A stretch of 64,000 nucleotides of DNA, counting the filler, from Rhabdomonas costata (taxonomy: Eukaryota): assembly GCA_019059605.1 (NCBI GenBank). It is 28 parts of 28 records of this genome, joined end to end, with 100 filler letters (N's around TTAATTAATTAA, not from the genome) between each part and the next. Parts side by side here need not be neighbours in the genome. Positions count along the whole stretch, not along the records: positions 1 to 2,192 come from JAHMHO010004951.1; positions 2,293 to 4,483 come from JAHMHO010004952.1; positions 4,584 to 6,774 come from JAHMHO010004953.1; positions 6,875 to 9,065 come from JAHMHO010004954.1; positions 9,166 to 11,356 come from JAHMHO010004955.1; positions 11,457 to 13,641 come from JAHMHO010004956.1; 22 more parts are not named here. One strand, 5' to 3'. Below the pieces are notes generated by a model. That model had not been told where the DNA came from, did no database searches, and was given only the letters and a program-made list of their open reading frames with translations. Shown here one piece after another: positions 1-13,201 of the stretch. The position numbers were made by a program, and so were the translations under genes. Position 1 is the first letter of the stretch. Each line of letters opens with the position of its first letter.

Positions 1-596
1 AGGGCAGATAAGTTCCAGATATGGTAATTCTATCCCGCACTTTCCTTCAATGTCCCACCTTATCCAATTGCACCCTGCCCTGTCCATTTCTAACCTTTTC
101 GTTCACTTTCCCTCCTCGAACTCGTTCTCACATCTTGTCGAAGACGGCGCTGGCGCAGGGGACCGAACACTCCTTTCAGTGTGAAAAGCAGACTGTGCTT
201 TTCGCGTTAAATGCTGCCTTGGAAACGCTGGCCTGTGAAAATGCAGTATGGGAAATGGAACGATCCATAAGCAGATCATGATATTTTTGACATTTCGCCC
301 GATGTGAACAGGTCGACCTGCACGCTTACGCTTCCAATGGGTTGATCCGCAGCTTCCACCTCGACGTGGCCACTCGCTCCTTGTGGTATTTGTGTTATAT
401 ATGCCTCTCTGTACACGTGTGTGTGTGCGTGACCGTGAGATTGCACAGTCAACAGCGAGGGCGACGACGAGATGGCCCAAGGATGAAATATCGAGCAGAC
501 AGGTGATCACGTTCTCGCCCGCAGTGCCCAAGCAAGAGGGGGAAGGTTGGCCCCACAAAACCCTCCTCCACGACCGACGTCATTAGATCCGATAAC

Positions 597-659
597 CACA
601 CGCACACTCGCACACACACACACACACACGCACACACACACACACAAACACACACACAG
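597..659. repeat. (CA)n microsatellite, imperfect
   Basis: Visible cacacacaca tract with cg/ct interruptions. Similar tracts lie at 994-1075 (CA/CTCA), 15906-15936 (TG), 28252-28279 (TG) and 43696-43714 (TG). Confidence 0.95.
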
Positions 660-2435
660 AGAAGGCTATACTGCCTGAGGTGAGGGCTGAACCGGAGAAG
701 AGGTTAGGCAGCACGGCGCTCAGAGAATGCACGCATGGAATGTGTCAGTGTGAAGGAGCGGTGAATGATGTGGCGTAAGGGCCAAACGGCCGTGTGAAAA
801 TACATCAAACCCCGGGTGCGCAAAGAACCGTGAAACACCCGGCGCGCGGCTGCCTACGGATTTCACGCCGAAGGGAGAAAACTTCCGTCCCCGGGATCAC
901 GCGGATTGCGCGGCAGAAGCAGCCAGGCGCAAGCTCCCGAGCGAGCCTACCTTACAAAAAGAGGAAAGAGGGTCTGTCACTTTCACATATGCGCGCACAC
1001 ACACACACTCACTCACTCACTCTCACTCACTCACTGACTCACTTACTTACTCACTTTCATATGTACATACACACATGAGATTGGTGTCGTGTCTATGGTG
1101 TGGCGAAGAAGGCACAGATGCGAGGCGGGCATGAATGTGCGGTTGATATCATGCATAATGCATGTGTGCGCGTACGGAAACCCGATGCACGTGAAGAGCC
1201 ACGAGAGAGAATGCGGCGTGCATTCGGCTCCGCGCGGATTTCACGCCGGCGGTGGTGTTCCAGATCTATAACATACCTGTAACACTACCACCCCGGGCTC
1301 GCACTTACACAGAAACAACAGCACACATCGCGCATACCCCCAGCAGCAAAGCAGACGCAATGCCTCCTTCTCGGGGGACTGGAAGGGGAAGCTGAGCAGT
1401 GAGAGTTCCCATGTTTAAGGAGATCAGAGCCAGAGGCCACAGCTGGGCCAGACACAGGACTTTTGTGGTCGTATACATCCCCAGACCCACCAGACCCAGA
1501 CATGGCTGGAAGGGACCTGCAAGTCAAGCGAGCTCTACTACCGCGGAGGGTTAGGTGCCCACAATAAGCGCCAGCCTTAAAAGAGCCAGTTTGCATGGTC
1601 CTGCCTGCACTTCGACCCTTAGGTTGCGAGTAGGTGGTCAATCCTGCGCGACAAGGGAGCGCATAGGCCGGAGGTCACCCAGGCACCCGCTTCGCATAAG
1701 GTCCAGTCAAAAAACCAGGACAACAGTCGCGCATCAGTCTGCGCTGAACACACATTCCCGCACGCGTCGACCATGCACACACACACGCTTTCCCGGCACA
1801 TACATGGTGCCCACGCACCCGCGTTCTCGTCTCAGGGGGGCTTATCCCAGTGAGGGCTCGGTGGAAGTGCTGCGGATTGCCCTGGTCGACGTCCGCTCGA
1901 TCTCGCCCACCTGGGCGGACACGCGAGGTGAGCGCAACATATAATGCCCACATGCTTCAGTTACGTCCTCAGAGAGCGGAAGGTGCAGGGGGTGGCGGTC
2001 GTTTTTACTATTTGACGAAGCGCTTTTTTGATTGTATTTCTCTACCGCTTTTGTGCTCATTCGTGTCTCTCGTATGTTATGTTTTTGTGCCGTTGTGGAA
2101 CATATTCTTCGCTCTGTCCTGGGGAATCCCTGCCGCCCACGTTGAAGGAGCACACGGAGCACATGGGTTGAGCGAAGAATATGTTCCACAACNNNNNNNN
2201 NNNNNNNNNNNNNNNNNNNNNNNNNNNNNNNNNNNNTTAATTAATTAANNNNNNNNNNNNNNNNNNNNNNNNNNNNNNNNNNNNNNNNNNNNGGGGTTGG
2301 GGGACCATATAACCATCCTGCTGAAGACGATGGCAATTATATAGGGTCTGACGACTCGACGACGAATCCGTCACATACGTTCTTCTGAGTTTTGGGTTGT
2401 AACTATCCTTAGATCAATTCCGATTGTGCATATAG

Positions 2436-4483
2436 GATAACTGCGCGTCCCCGAAGTCCCCATCCTTCGCGCACAGAGTCCGAAATGGAGGCCCCCTCCG
2501 TGACCCTGTTCCGCAGCGAGGTGGGCTCCGCCCAGGAGAGCCTGCGGACCCTAGAGGCTGAGCATGAGCTGCAACTCCGGCAGTGGGAGGCCCAGAGGCA
2601 CATGAATGACAGGACCGTCACTGAATTGCGCGCACAGGCTGCGCTGCTACGCGACCGCGAGGCCGAGCTCACCGCGGAGCTGGAAAGACTGCGGGCCAAG
2701 CAGCACTCCCGTGGGGGCTGCACGACGCCCTCCCGCAGAAGACCCCCGGGGGTTAGTGTGGATACCCCCACGCGGCCTCACAGGGGCGGCTCCGTGTCCC
2801 CGCAGCACCGAAACAGGTGTTCACTCCACCCATTTTGCTTTTTCCTCGCTTCCCAAAGCACACGTGGGGAGTAGATGTTGAGCCTGCTCAAACTGCGTCT
2901 CAGCTGGAGCTAGCCTTAGCTTAGCATTCCCACTGCGCTTGACTGCCACAGATAGTCCGGTGGAAAGCTGCTTCCAGATTTGCCTTGACGCTTCCTCGGA
3001 CTCAGAGGATGTGGTCGGGAGCTCGTGGTTCTCTTTTGTACTTCGCGCTGTATCTAGATCTACGGGGAGCTCCCCCCGTGCTCGGGGGTTGCCCGCCGCT
3101 GAGGTGAGCGTGACCATCCCTCCAAGCCCTTCCAAGGCCCGCGGTCTCCCTCTCACCACCCCTCCACCTCCAGGGGACCCCAAGGATGGCTCGGATCCTA
3201 TCGCCCTGGCAGTGCAGGAGTGCCTGCTGGCCCTGGAAGAGGCCACCGTTGCTCCAAGTGCACCGTCGCCACCTCCTCCACTTTTGCCCCACCATGACTC
3301 GCCCCGTGAAGGGGTCGGGATCTCCGGAGATCTGCTGGACCCCAGCGACGCGGAAGTTATGGATGCGACATCGGTGTCGGTGTGTTTGCTTCCAGTGGAT
3401 TTTTGGTCCATCGACCCCAGTACCTTTTTCCTGAGCCTGTGTTGTATTTCTTGGGTCGTAGTTGGTCTTGAGGTACTCGTTACGCTGCCGGTTATCAGCA
3501 AGCAGGATGTCTGGGTGGTGCTTTCCACATTGGATTTTTTGCGAGAATGATTGAAGCGCTCTCCTCTTGTGCACTTGTGTGTATGGAACTGTGCAGGCCA
3601 GCTCAAATGGCGCTGAACCTGCACGACAACCTGTTGTGGACGTGGCCCTGTGGGAAGCCAACTTCACCTCATCTGAAGCTGAAGCTGTCGCGGTGTGCTC
3701 TTAGTGCGCGGCTTTCCCAACATCTGGCACACTCTGCGGCCTTGCTGCGTTCTGGAAGTTTCAATGTCCACTTGCCATCGTGGGCTGTCGGGCTCAGCAA
3801 AGGGGAGCCCCAGAAGAGGGGTTTGGATGGCAAATGGATCTTTCCCTCCGTCCAACAACGCAGTGCTTCTGTCTTCCGGCCTCATCAGGATTCCGAACAC
3901 CACGGCCACTCCAGAACCCACAAACCCACACCCAACAACCACATTGTGCAAAGCGAAAAAAAAAACAATCCAAGTCCTCATGTGCAAAGCGTGCGCAGAC
4001 GCGTTGAAGAGAGCTCTCCCCTCGTATTTCGATTCTTCAACCTGCAGTGTCCTTTTCAATGCAGGGGGCGGAAATAACCGCTGGCGCCGAGCCCGCTGAG
4101 GTGGCTTCGGCCGATCCCCCGGCTCCCGAAGTCTCCGAAGATCCCGTGCAAGCCCCCGCTGCAGCGACCGGTCCCCCAGCAGCCTCCTCTACCGTGTTCA
4201 CCTTATCATCATCCTTGTACCCCGTTCTCTCCCCAATCGTGGCCCTTCCCCGCAGGCGAAGAACCGCTGCAGCTCTTCCTCTGCCCGCCGTCCAGGTGGG
4301 TCCCTTCGTTGATCCCTTCGAGGTTTCTAACCCGTCCCCTCACACCAAACCCCCGGCAGCTCTGCCCTCGGAAGAGTCTCCCGGGCTGTACGCGCCTTGT
4401 CCCAACCCGAGCCTTCCAATCCGCAAGCACCGCCACCGGCTGCGTGGCTCCCGCACGCGGCCCTTGTCCGGGTCCAACCAACC
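2436..4483 (+). CDS. Partial multi-exon hypothetical protein: coiled-coil followed by Pro/Ser-rich low complexity
   Basis: GC-rich blocks at ~2436-2816 (ESLRTLEAEHELQLRQWEAQ...ELERLRAKQ, ending AG|GTGTTC), ~3058-3373 and ~4064-4483, each preceded by a pyrimidine tract and AG. The exact exon chain was not resolved. Confidence 0.6.
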
Positions 4484-5101
4484 NNNNNNNNNNNNNNNNN
4501 NNNNNNNNNNNNNNNNNNNNNNNNNNNTTAATTAATTAANNNNNNNNNNNNNNNNNNNNNNNNNNNNNNNNNNNNNNNNNNNNTGTGTTGTGGTGGTTGC
4601 TCGTTTGTTTATCTCACTCAAGCATGTATACGATATGCATGTTGCTCTTGGGTTCGCACTCGCACGTTTTCTGCACAGTGTGCTGAAAACGTTGCGTAGC
4701 ATACCTCTCCCTGGCAATCGCACAAACAGATGTTCGGGATATTCGATCCGACATCTGCGAAAAGGATGTGAAAAAGAATTAGTAACGCGGGCCCCTTTTC
4801 CAACGGAGCAGGATATACAGGTGAGGTTGGTGTACAGTGTCGCCAAATCAGAATTGCCGTGTGCCTTCACCCGCACCATTGCTTCAAGCTGAGGTGGATC
4901 GCTTGAGCATCTACTTGCCAGCTCAGCCGTCCACTTTGGGTCCCGGCATTGTGGCCTCATGGGACTTGTGTGCTGACAGTGCTGTGTGAAATCGATTCCT
5001 AACTGGGGATTGAAGCCATCAGTTTACAGAGCTGGTCTCCCCCTGTCCTTCCACCTCACTTTCTCCATTTCTTTTCTCCATTTGCGTATTTTTTCTCGCA
5101 G

Positions 5102-5313
5102 CTCACCGGGAGGCGGGCCCCGAGTATGGGGGTAGCGCTGTCGCCACGGCAGCAGCGGCGCTGCGCAGGCCTTTCCCTGGGCTCATGCTGGCGCTGGTGG
5201 CGGTGTGCGGGGTGCTGGGCGGGGCCCTTCTGGGGGCGCTGGTGGGCAGGCGCGTGGCCTCCGCCACTGCGGCTGTGGGGCGGCGTTTGACTCCTCATCC
5301 CTCCCGTTGGTAG
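5102..5313 (+). CDS. Terminal exon of a membrane-anchored protein
   Basis: Follows the acceptor ttttctcgcag. Reads HREAGPEYGG...LMLALVAVCGVLGGALLGALVGRR...PSRW-TAG, with one hydrophobic helix near the C-terminus. Confidence 0.6.
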
Positions 5314-5548
5314 GACCCCCAACAAAGCCTCTCGCTCATTTCCTGGCATGCTGGAAAAAATCAATGAGTGAGGCATTCGTGGGGTTGCATGAGGGGCAAA
5401 GTGAAGGACTTGGGATGATAGGAAAAGTTTCTCTTTTGGGTTGCAAAAACGGAAACGCTGACTTCAGAATTTTACGAATACTCTCGTGATATTTGTTATT
5501 TTTTTTAATCCTTCACGGGTTTAGCCCAAATGCCCCGGAATAGCGACG

Positions 5549-5843
5549 ATGCGGCGGTCCAATGCTGAAACCTCACCCTCAGTCGAAGAGTGCTGGTCCA
5601 CCTCCATTCCAGTTGATGAGCATTGCGTTTTCTTTATGACTGCCTTTAATTTTTGGTGGGGCAACAATCCTCAAAAAGGTTCTCGTCCCGGCGAGGATTC
5701 GACACCCGCGGGGAGCACCCCTTCCGGCAGGGCGGGGTTGGAGACGAGGCCTTGATCCCTTCCATTGACCCAGAGGAGACCGGCTCGATGCCAGGGATGG
5801 GGGCAGCGCCTGCCGCGGGGGCTGTGGAGCTCGATCCCGCCAC
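5549..5843 (+). CDS. Possible first two exons of a hypothetical protein
   Basis: ATG at 5549 reads MRRSNAETSPSVEEC-TG|gtccac, which is phase-compatible with aaaag|G-TTC TCG (FSSRRGFDTRGEHPF...ELDPA) ending at a gtaagg donor. Confidence 0.35.
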
Positions 5844-7555
5844 GTAAGGTTAAGGCTTTGGCGACTTGAGCGACTTTTCCCACCAACTATAGAGAAATGA
5901 CTTCCCCTCAACTCAGCCCCGGCCCCTCCTGCTTCTTGCCGCAGGGTTGTTCAGTCGATTTTGTTTCTTCCCTCATTTTTTAGTTTTATTGTAACTTCTT
6001 GGGGTCTTGGAACCACTTCCGTCCGTCCTGAACCTGGCCCACGTACAAGCTTGACGATTTCTCATTTCTTTCGTTTGTCTTGGGAGCACCTGCCCGAGAA
6101 GTCCTTCCCATTTATCCAGCGCTGCTTGAGTGAGAAGGGAGCCTGCGTTTCTAAAGGGTGGGTGGGTGGTTTATCAGCACTCGTGTAGGAGGGAAATCGG
6201 TGGGGTTCACACCCCCTGATTTGTTTCTGGCTTTCCTCCCTGGGACGATTAGCTAAAATGCACTCCTGTGTGTCCCCGCATTTATGCGGGGGGCGGAAAG
6301 AAAAAGATGGGTTATTGTTGGCCACCTTTCGTAAGACCTCTCCCCCTCCTCCTCCCTGAAGAAGTCTTCATGTACTGATGAAGGGCGCCCGTTGACTTAT
6401 CCGGCACAGTGGGGGGATAGCCCCACTGGGGGGGGGGTTGTCTGGCTCCTTTTTTGCAGTCATGTTTTGCCCTTTTTGATTTGGAACCTCGTGTTCTGAT
6501 CTGGACAACGCAGTGAAAGTGCAATAATTTTGTAGCTGTGGTTCGCCGGATGTGTCTGTTGCTGGCTCACCTCCAGCTTCTTGGTTCCCGTCTGGGCGCG
6601 GGTGCCTCGGTTCCCAAGTTTAGCTTTCCATTGTTCTCAAATCACTATCCTCACATTGCATGGACATGAAAGAGCTCTCATCCACGTCTGTAACTCCTGT
6701 AACTCCTGGGCCCGTCCTAGGTTGGGTTAGGTAAGGGTTAGCGTGTGGCTCTGCGCTAACCCTTACCCACCAACNNNNNNNNNNNNNNNNNNNNNNNNNN
6801 NNNNNNNNNNNNNNNNNNTTAATTAATTAANNNNNNNNNNNNNNNNNNNNNNNNNNNNNNNNNNNNNNNNNNNNGTGGGGGGGGCGAAATCGGTTTGCTT
6901 TTGAGGTTTACTCGTTGTGTCCGTTGTGGGTGGTGAACCTATGCCACTTGATGGATTATGCGCAGACGGTAGATGGGAAAGATCCCAGATACAGGTGGAA
7001 GGTCAGTTTTCTATTTTAAGTGGACTTTTATGTTATATTGAGGTGCACTGGTTTCCTGCGCTTATGCTGTGCCTTGTGTGAATAATTGTTTGCTCCCAAC
7101 CCCACCTTGCCTAACTCTCCTCGACTCGAGAGGTATTGTTCTCCCAAAACCTGCCTCGAGGAAAAATAATTCGGTTTATTTTTCGCAAAACTCAAAAGTA
7201 AGTAAAATGCCCGTGTCCACAGCGATATATCCGATTTTATATGCGATCAAGCGGAATCGTGCGTGTGAAACCAACACGAACCTTGCAATTCAACAACTCC
7301 TTCAATGCGCGAAAATAACCCCGACCATCCGATTGCTCTGTCGGAAGACCAACACTCCACTGCTGTCGTTGCCTTTGAGGGTGTTTCCTTCACAAGAACA
7401 AATCGATCATGAGTGGCGAAAAGTACAGTGGGTGCGTTGGGACGACGTTTGCCATTTGGTTCGAGGGTTTCAGTTTAGAAACGGGTCCCTGCCATCGTTT
7501 TTGTGTGATGCGTTTGCTCCGCACGTGTCCTGTGTGGCATTCTCGGGGTGCGCAG

Positions 7556-8912
7556 CTGTGCTGTGCCGCGAGGAGAGCGTGGGGCGGACTCAGCTGCAGC
7601 GATTGCAGTGGGAGGAGTGGGCCGCGGTGCAGCTTCAGCTCTCCTTCCTGGGCCCCGACCACGGGGGAGCCATGCAGAGCCTATACGACACCCTTCTCGC
7701 CGCCGAGGCACAAACACACATATATTTGTACACATCGCCATGGGACAGAGTTATTTTAGCGGACAAAGCCAGCGCCGCACAGGCAAACACGCGTGATGCC
7801 GTTCACGACGGGTACTAAGGTGTCCACAATAGTGAAGCAGCAACTACATGCTGCAGTTAGTAGCGCTCGAAAGGCTCCGAGAATGGAGCGAAGCCTCAGG
7901 ACCGGAAAACGGTGAGCAGAAATCCAGCGTTTGGGCCAGAATGGCTTTTAATTGGCCATTTTCTTCTTCTCCAATGTTCGTTGCAATGGGTTTCCTGCAA
8001 TGTGGTGCTTCGCTCTGTTCAAAAAGGAAGGCGGCGAGTGTGCCTCTAATGGAACCCCCATGGACCGCCAATTCTTGCAGGGATGAGTTGAGAAAGTGTT
8101 GACTAGTGAAGCGGGAACAGCTTGTAAACCTAAGGAGTGCAACCCCGTTAATCTAAAACCTGGGTGTATGGAATGGTCTGTCGCGTTTTTTTAGAATGCC
8201 GCTCGGAGCTCTCTTGCCGCGGAGTGCTTCGCAGAGGCCGGGGCGCTGTTGGAGCAGCACCGCCAGACCCAAGAGGTGGCGCTGGCCCACCAGAGGCAGA
8301 GGGTGGAGCTGGCCCAGGCTGAGGTCTGGTTTCTCACGTGGGCGAGTGCACAGAGACTCCTTGATATGGCAAAAGCACAAGTGGTCGCGGTTGCCGCCTT
8401 CCGCTGAAAGTTAGCTCGACTACCCCCCCCCCCTTGGACACGCACAGACACGCATACGATCCTATCCCAACAACATAAATATTGCACGCATGGCTGTGTA
8501 GCTGTGCTGTTCTCGTTACTTGTCCTACCTTGCGTATATAAATAATTCGCGCAGAACTGCGTTCGTGGACCGGATTTGTTGATACACAGACATGTGTATG
8601 TAGAGTGACTGATCCAATTACCCCAATGAGATTCGTAAAAGTTTGCTTGGATCAGGAAGTGAGGAAAAGTTCGCATCGCCCGGCTGTTTCGTTTTGCCTC
8701 CCTACCAAATTTCATCCCGAGTAGATTCTTGTGAATGTCAACTCTGCGGGTGTCTTTTCCAGCGAGGTGGGCGGGAGGTGCTTCGGGCGGAGGAGTGGGC
8801 AGAGCGGCGCCCCTTGGAGCTGCGGCTGCAGGCCCAGGCCGCTGTCCTGGAGCATCAGCGCACCCGTAATGCCCTCGCTGCTCGGCGGGTGACCAGCCTC
8901 CTGCTCCTCGAG
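7556..8912 (+). CDS. Three internal exons (7556-7707, 8195-8323, 8763-8912) of an E/R/A/L-rich coiled-coil protein
   Basis: Phase-0 joins ...DTLLAAE|NAARSSLAAE...ELAQAE|RGGREVLRAEEWAERR. The second and third exons are 129 and 150 nt. The first donor is GC (G|GCACAA). Confidence 0.75.
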
Positions 8913-11900
8913 GTGCCCCTTCCCCTCCCGGAGTCACGCAACCCCACCCATCATCTTTTCTCTGCGCAATGCATTATGTTTGTGGGGGAGGGGACACCAG
9001 TCGATGTTCGATTGATAAGTGGTGGGATAACGAACAATAGCATTTGGTGTGCCCTCCCCCACAACNNNNNNNNNNNNNNNNNNNNNNNNNNNNNNNNNNN
9101 NNNNNNNNNTTAATTAATTAANNNNNNNNNNNNNNNNNNNNNNNNNNNNNNNNNNNNNNNNNNNNGGTTGTTGTGTCATGTCATGTTATGTTATGTCATA
9201 TTGGGGCCGAAAGGGGGGTTTTTGTATTTTTGTTGTCGCGTTTTGTTTTAAGTTTTGGAAAATGCGTGAGTGTGTGGTTTGAGCCGTTTTTGACGTTTTC
9301 TATACTTGGGAGTAATTTGAAAAGCCCGCAAGGTTTACAGTTTTGCAATTACGCCCGTTTGAAGTTTAGGTAGTTGGGTTTCGGAAGGCATTAGCAACAA
9401 CATGATCAAACAATAATTTTTGGAAACGCTTTTTGCGTTGATTCTCAAAGAGAGCGAGCAAACGTACGATGGAGACGCCAACATATACGTCCCACCACAA
9501 TGCCTTCATCTCCATTAGCTCTCTCCATCAGCGCAGGTAGCATCTTTGAGAAAAAGAGCGAGCATTTCGTGCTAAACATTATAAACGCAGAAACGTCTTC
9601 CCGATGGCAAGAATATCTACACTAAAGATGTGATTTGACTCCAATGTACAGACACAAGTTTTCTTTTAAACGAAAAGTGCGCGGAAAAAAGTGAAAAAAA
9701 ACTGCTATTCTTTCACGCTTTCCCGTGCAAACTAGTCAGCACGCTTTTTAATTTCGAGAATTGGGGTCTACCTCAAGAAAAAGGCGTGATTGTGGCGATG
9801 ATCTTTTGATCAAGTCGCAATTTTGCTTACTCCGCTCTTATCACCCCATGGCTCTGGTGGTGCCTCCCGCGAGGCACAGTGAACCCACGCAAGGGCAACG
9901 CGTGGAGATCTGGAGAAGGAGGAGTGGCATCGGAAGGTGGCCATCTTCTCTCTGACGGTCCCTCCCTCCGGTCGGTCCCTCCTCCCCTCACACTTCACTC
10001 ATTCTCAATCCCCGTCGGTCATGCGGTGGAGTGGCAGCAGAGTCACTCATCAACCCCTCGAGGCATGGTCATACCAGCATCCCTCTCACATCATCCCTCA
10101 CTCTGGGTGGTGGTGATGATGGTTGAGTGCCACTGGTAGTCAGGAGTGAGGGAGCAGGAGGGTGGGTTGCGCCTCTGTCACTCTTCAGCCCAACATCAGG
10201 AGGTACCATCACGGCATCATCGCATCATGGCATCTTCCTCTCCGTGTGGGAGGGTGTACAGTGGGGTGCATCAGCCCATCCTGTCACTCTTGGCCTCAAG
10301 CATCCGTCACTCCATCCAACATCATCATCAGGGTCGGCGACCTCCACTTTGAGTGTTACCCTGATGTGGGATGGGTGTTGTTGGTGCTTGGTATGTACCT
10401 ACTCTGCAACATCGATTGTACCACTACCACCACTGCCTCTGTGTGTGGGTATACCGTAGCATCACGTATACTACCACTACCACTACCACTAGAGTGTGTG
10501 TATGTGGGTAGATCGAGCGCACAGTTCCATCTGGGGTACGGGACCAACATAGGTGTTCCCTCCAGTGGGTAGGTACGCTGTGACCTCATCGCCACTACTA
10601 CTGCACGTGGGTACATCTTGGTGAGTTGGACCATGTGTGTATGGTTGTCTTGCCATGATTCCTGCACTCAGGTTCAACCGAGATGAGAATAGGACGCCAG
10701 ACTCCAGGCATTGCCACTTGTCATGGAAGCTCACCCCACGCACCATCATCGGGCTCAGTCACATGGCTTGAGTGACGTTGCATCACCGGTTACCACACAT
10801 CTTACCTCATATAGGGCTAATGTACGTCATAGCCTGGCATCCATCACCAGGTCTTCCTTCAGTGGGACCACCACTGGAACAGCGCTGTGCCTTTCACAAG
10901 TGATACACACGTATTGCCAGGCGTACCTGATCACCACCTCACCCATCAGCGCAGTCACCTCAACTTCGCATGCGGAATGTTCGCATATGGTACTGGGGCC
11001 AGAGCTTTGCTTTGGTGTCTTCGTGCAGTCGCGTACATTGAGTTCAGTCCTCTCTACCAGTACCTTGTCCTGGATCCGCAGACCCTTCCCTGGCTACCTT
11101 CAAATCTCAGCTTAATGGTGATGCCGTATTGCGTCCGACACTTTCCCGGGAGATTCCGAAGGACTTCCAAATGACCCCGAATCCAGAAACAAACAAAAAA
11201 TCGTTGCTGGCACACCGGTGTGCAGGTGGACGGTGCGCCAGCCTACAGTTCTTTCTCTTATCAAGCTTAGGCTCAGTACGCAGGCCTGCAAAGGGCCAAA
11301 AAGGGCCCATGCAAGCCTGTGTAGAGGCAAAAAGGGCTCAAAAATACCCCAAAAACNNNNNNNNNNNNNNNNNNNNNNNNNNNNNNNNNNNNNNNNNNNN
11401 TTAATTAATTAANNNNNNNNNNNNNNNNNNNNNNNNNNNNNNNNNNNNNNNNNNNNGGTGGGTGGTTCTCCGTATTACTGAGTACGTGGAGTCACGCTCT
11501 ATCACGCTATTCTGCAGGTTTCTTATGCAATGGCTGTGGTGTATGGAGTTGCGTGCAACGGTTCCTCCAGTCTTCGCAGAAGCAGATGAGTTATCTGATG
11601 GCGAAGACCGCACCCTGATTGCATTGTGGTGGCCTGCTCCGAATATCCTTGGCTATAGATAAGCTCTTTTTCAAAGTGATTGGGCAATTGCAGTCCTTCC
11701 TCCAAACGTTTCAAGCAGTCTTTTGGGATTAACTCGTAGGTGTATGCGTGCGTATAGTCAGCGCGATTTCTGCGGAATGTCTTTCTCCAGTTTTGACTAG
11801 CTAGAGGAGGATCAGTATGCCTTACTTCCGCAGTTACAGAGAGCGAGGTAGGAGGCTGCTGTGACTATGCGGTTATGATTTATAGAGTGACTCACCATCC

Positions 11901-12947
11901 TCGCTCCCCAAAATTAGCGATGATATTCAGGCAAGGCCGGGCTCCAGCTCTGATTCAGCACAAGAATGATAAGCTATGGAGATGGAGGCATTAATAAGTT
12001 TTGGTCAATCAATTCCCGCACCCTTCATCAAAGTCATCATCATCATCAAGCTGCCTATCACTCATGTTCTGATCCAGCTCCTGCCCTTGTGTCTTTGGCG
12101 GTTTATACTGTTTTTGGTGTCATCACTTTTTTTTGGGGAGGAGTCATCGCCAAAGAAATTGCCCTGTTCGCGTTTTTGTGTCTTGGGCATAACGAGTGTA
12201 GGCAGTGAGAGAGACAAGAGACACTCAGATCGACATTGGCCCTTGCTTCCCCATGGGTGTCCGCAGCGCCCGCCACCCTGGTGAACGTATCGAAGGTGGG
12301 GGTCGAAGAATTGTAGGAATGCTTAAAAAGGGATTGATGAGGACAGGACTGCGGTCAGTCCTGTGCGCGATCGCCGATAGGGCGAAACAGGTTGTTTGTG
12401 ATGGTCGCTCGCAAACGCCTGCGAAAACAAATGTACAACTGCAGGACGAGGACATCAGCACTTGCACGCCTGTCCCGAAATTGAAGGTGCACGCCCATTT
12501 CCGCACATTTTTCACTTCTGTTCAGGAGTTTTTCAGGCCCACGATAGGATGGGTTTTATGTCATTGCCGACCACCTTTTCAAGTTTTCTTCCGCCCCTGG
12601 GTTTCTTGTCAGCCTGTGCGCCTGGTTGTGGTGCAACTGGAAGGGTCAGGTTTTTTGGGGGGTCTTTTTTATTTCATCTCAACTTTTTCACAGGCGGTAT
12701 GGGTGCTTTTTCGCTCCTCTTGCAGATCCACTCATGCCAATTTTCGAACAGTATTGCATATGAACAATGCACCCTGAGTTCTCTAGTGTCTGATAGGTTA
12801 GTGCAGGTCACCGAGTTGAGGCTCTGAGCGGTGCGCTTTGGAAACGCCGCATCCCTTATTTTCTTATCTGGTGTTTTCACACTGGCGTGGGCTCTGTAAG
12901 CTCAGATTTATCCACCTCCGCGGTTGAGTGTTACACTTTCGACGCAG

Positions 12948-13201
12948 GTCATAGATTGTGAATCCGTTCATTCGAGCTCATCTCAGACCCTCGGCCCTGA
13001 CCGGGAGTTGGTCGGGAACAGCCTGATGAGACCCACAGCACGGAGTCCCTCGAAGCCGAAGACAGCATCATACCCAGCGCTGTACTCCAAGCCCTCACCA
13101 GCCCCAAACCCGCGGACACCCCTTTCTTTCAAGCAAGAAAAATCTGCGGAGATCCCAGCGAGAAGTCGCTCGTCCACGCCGGTGCAGACATTGGGCTCAA
13201 G
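12948..13201 (+). CDS. Probable internal exon, Ser/Pro-rich hypothetical protein
   Basis: Acceptor gacgcag is followed by an open frame VIDCESVHSSSSQ...RSRSSTPVQTLGS. The 3' boundary is uncertain. Confidence 0.4.

Noticed and set aside
1278-1939. Possible solo LTR (TGT...ACA)
   Set aside because: The flanks ATACC and TATAA do not form a target-site duplication, and there is no PBS or polypurine tract.
2237-2248. Regularly spaced TTAATTAATTAA as a CRISPR-like or regulatory repeat
   Set aside because: It is always embedded in N-runs and is an assembly linker. ORFs ending in XXX-LIN are artefacts of it.
8191-8937. Long antisense ORFs such as 8191-8937, 2821-3624 and 39331-40011
   Set aside because: They are shadows of GC-rich exons on the opposite strand.
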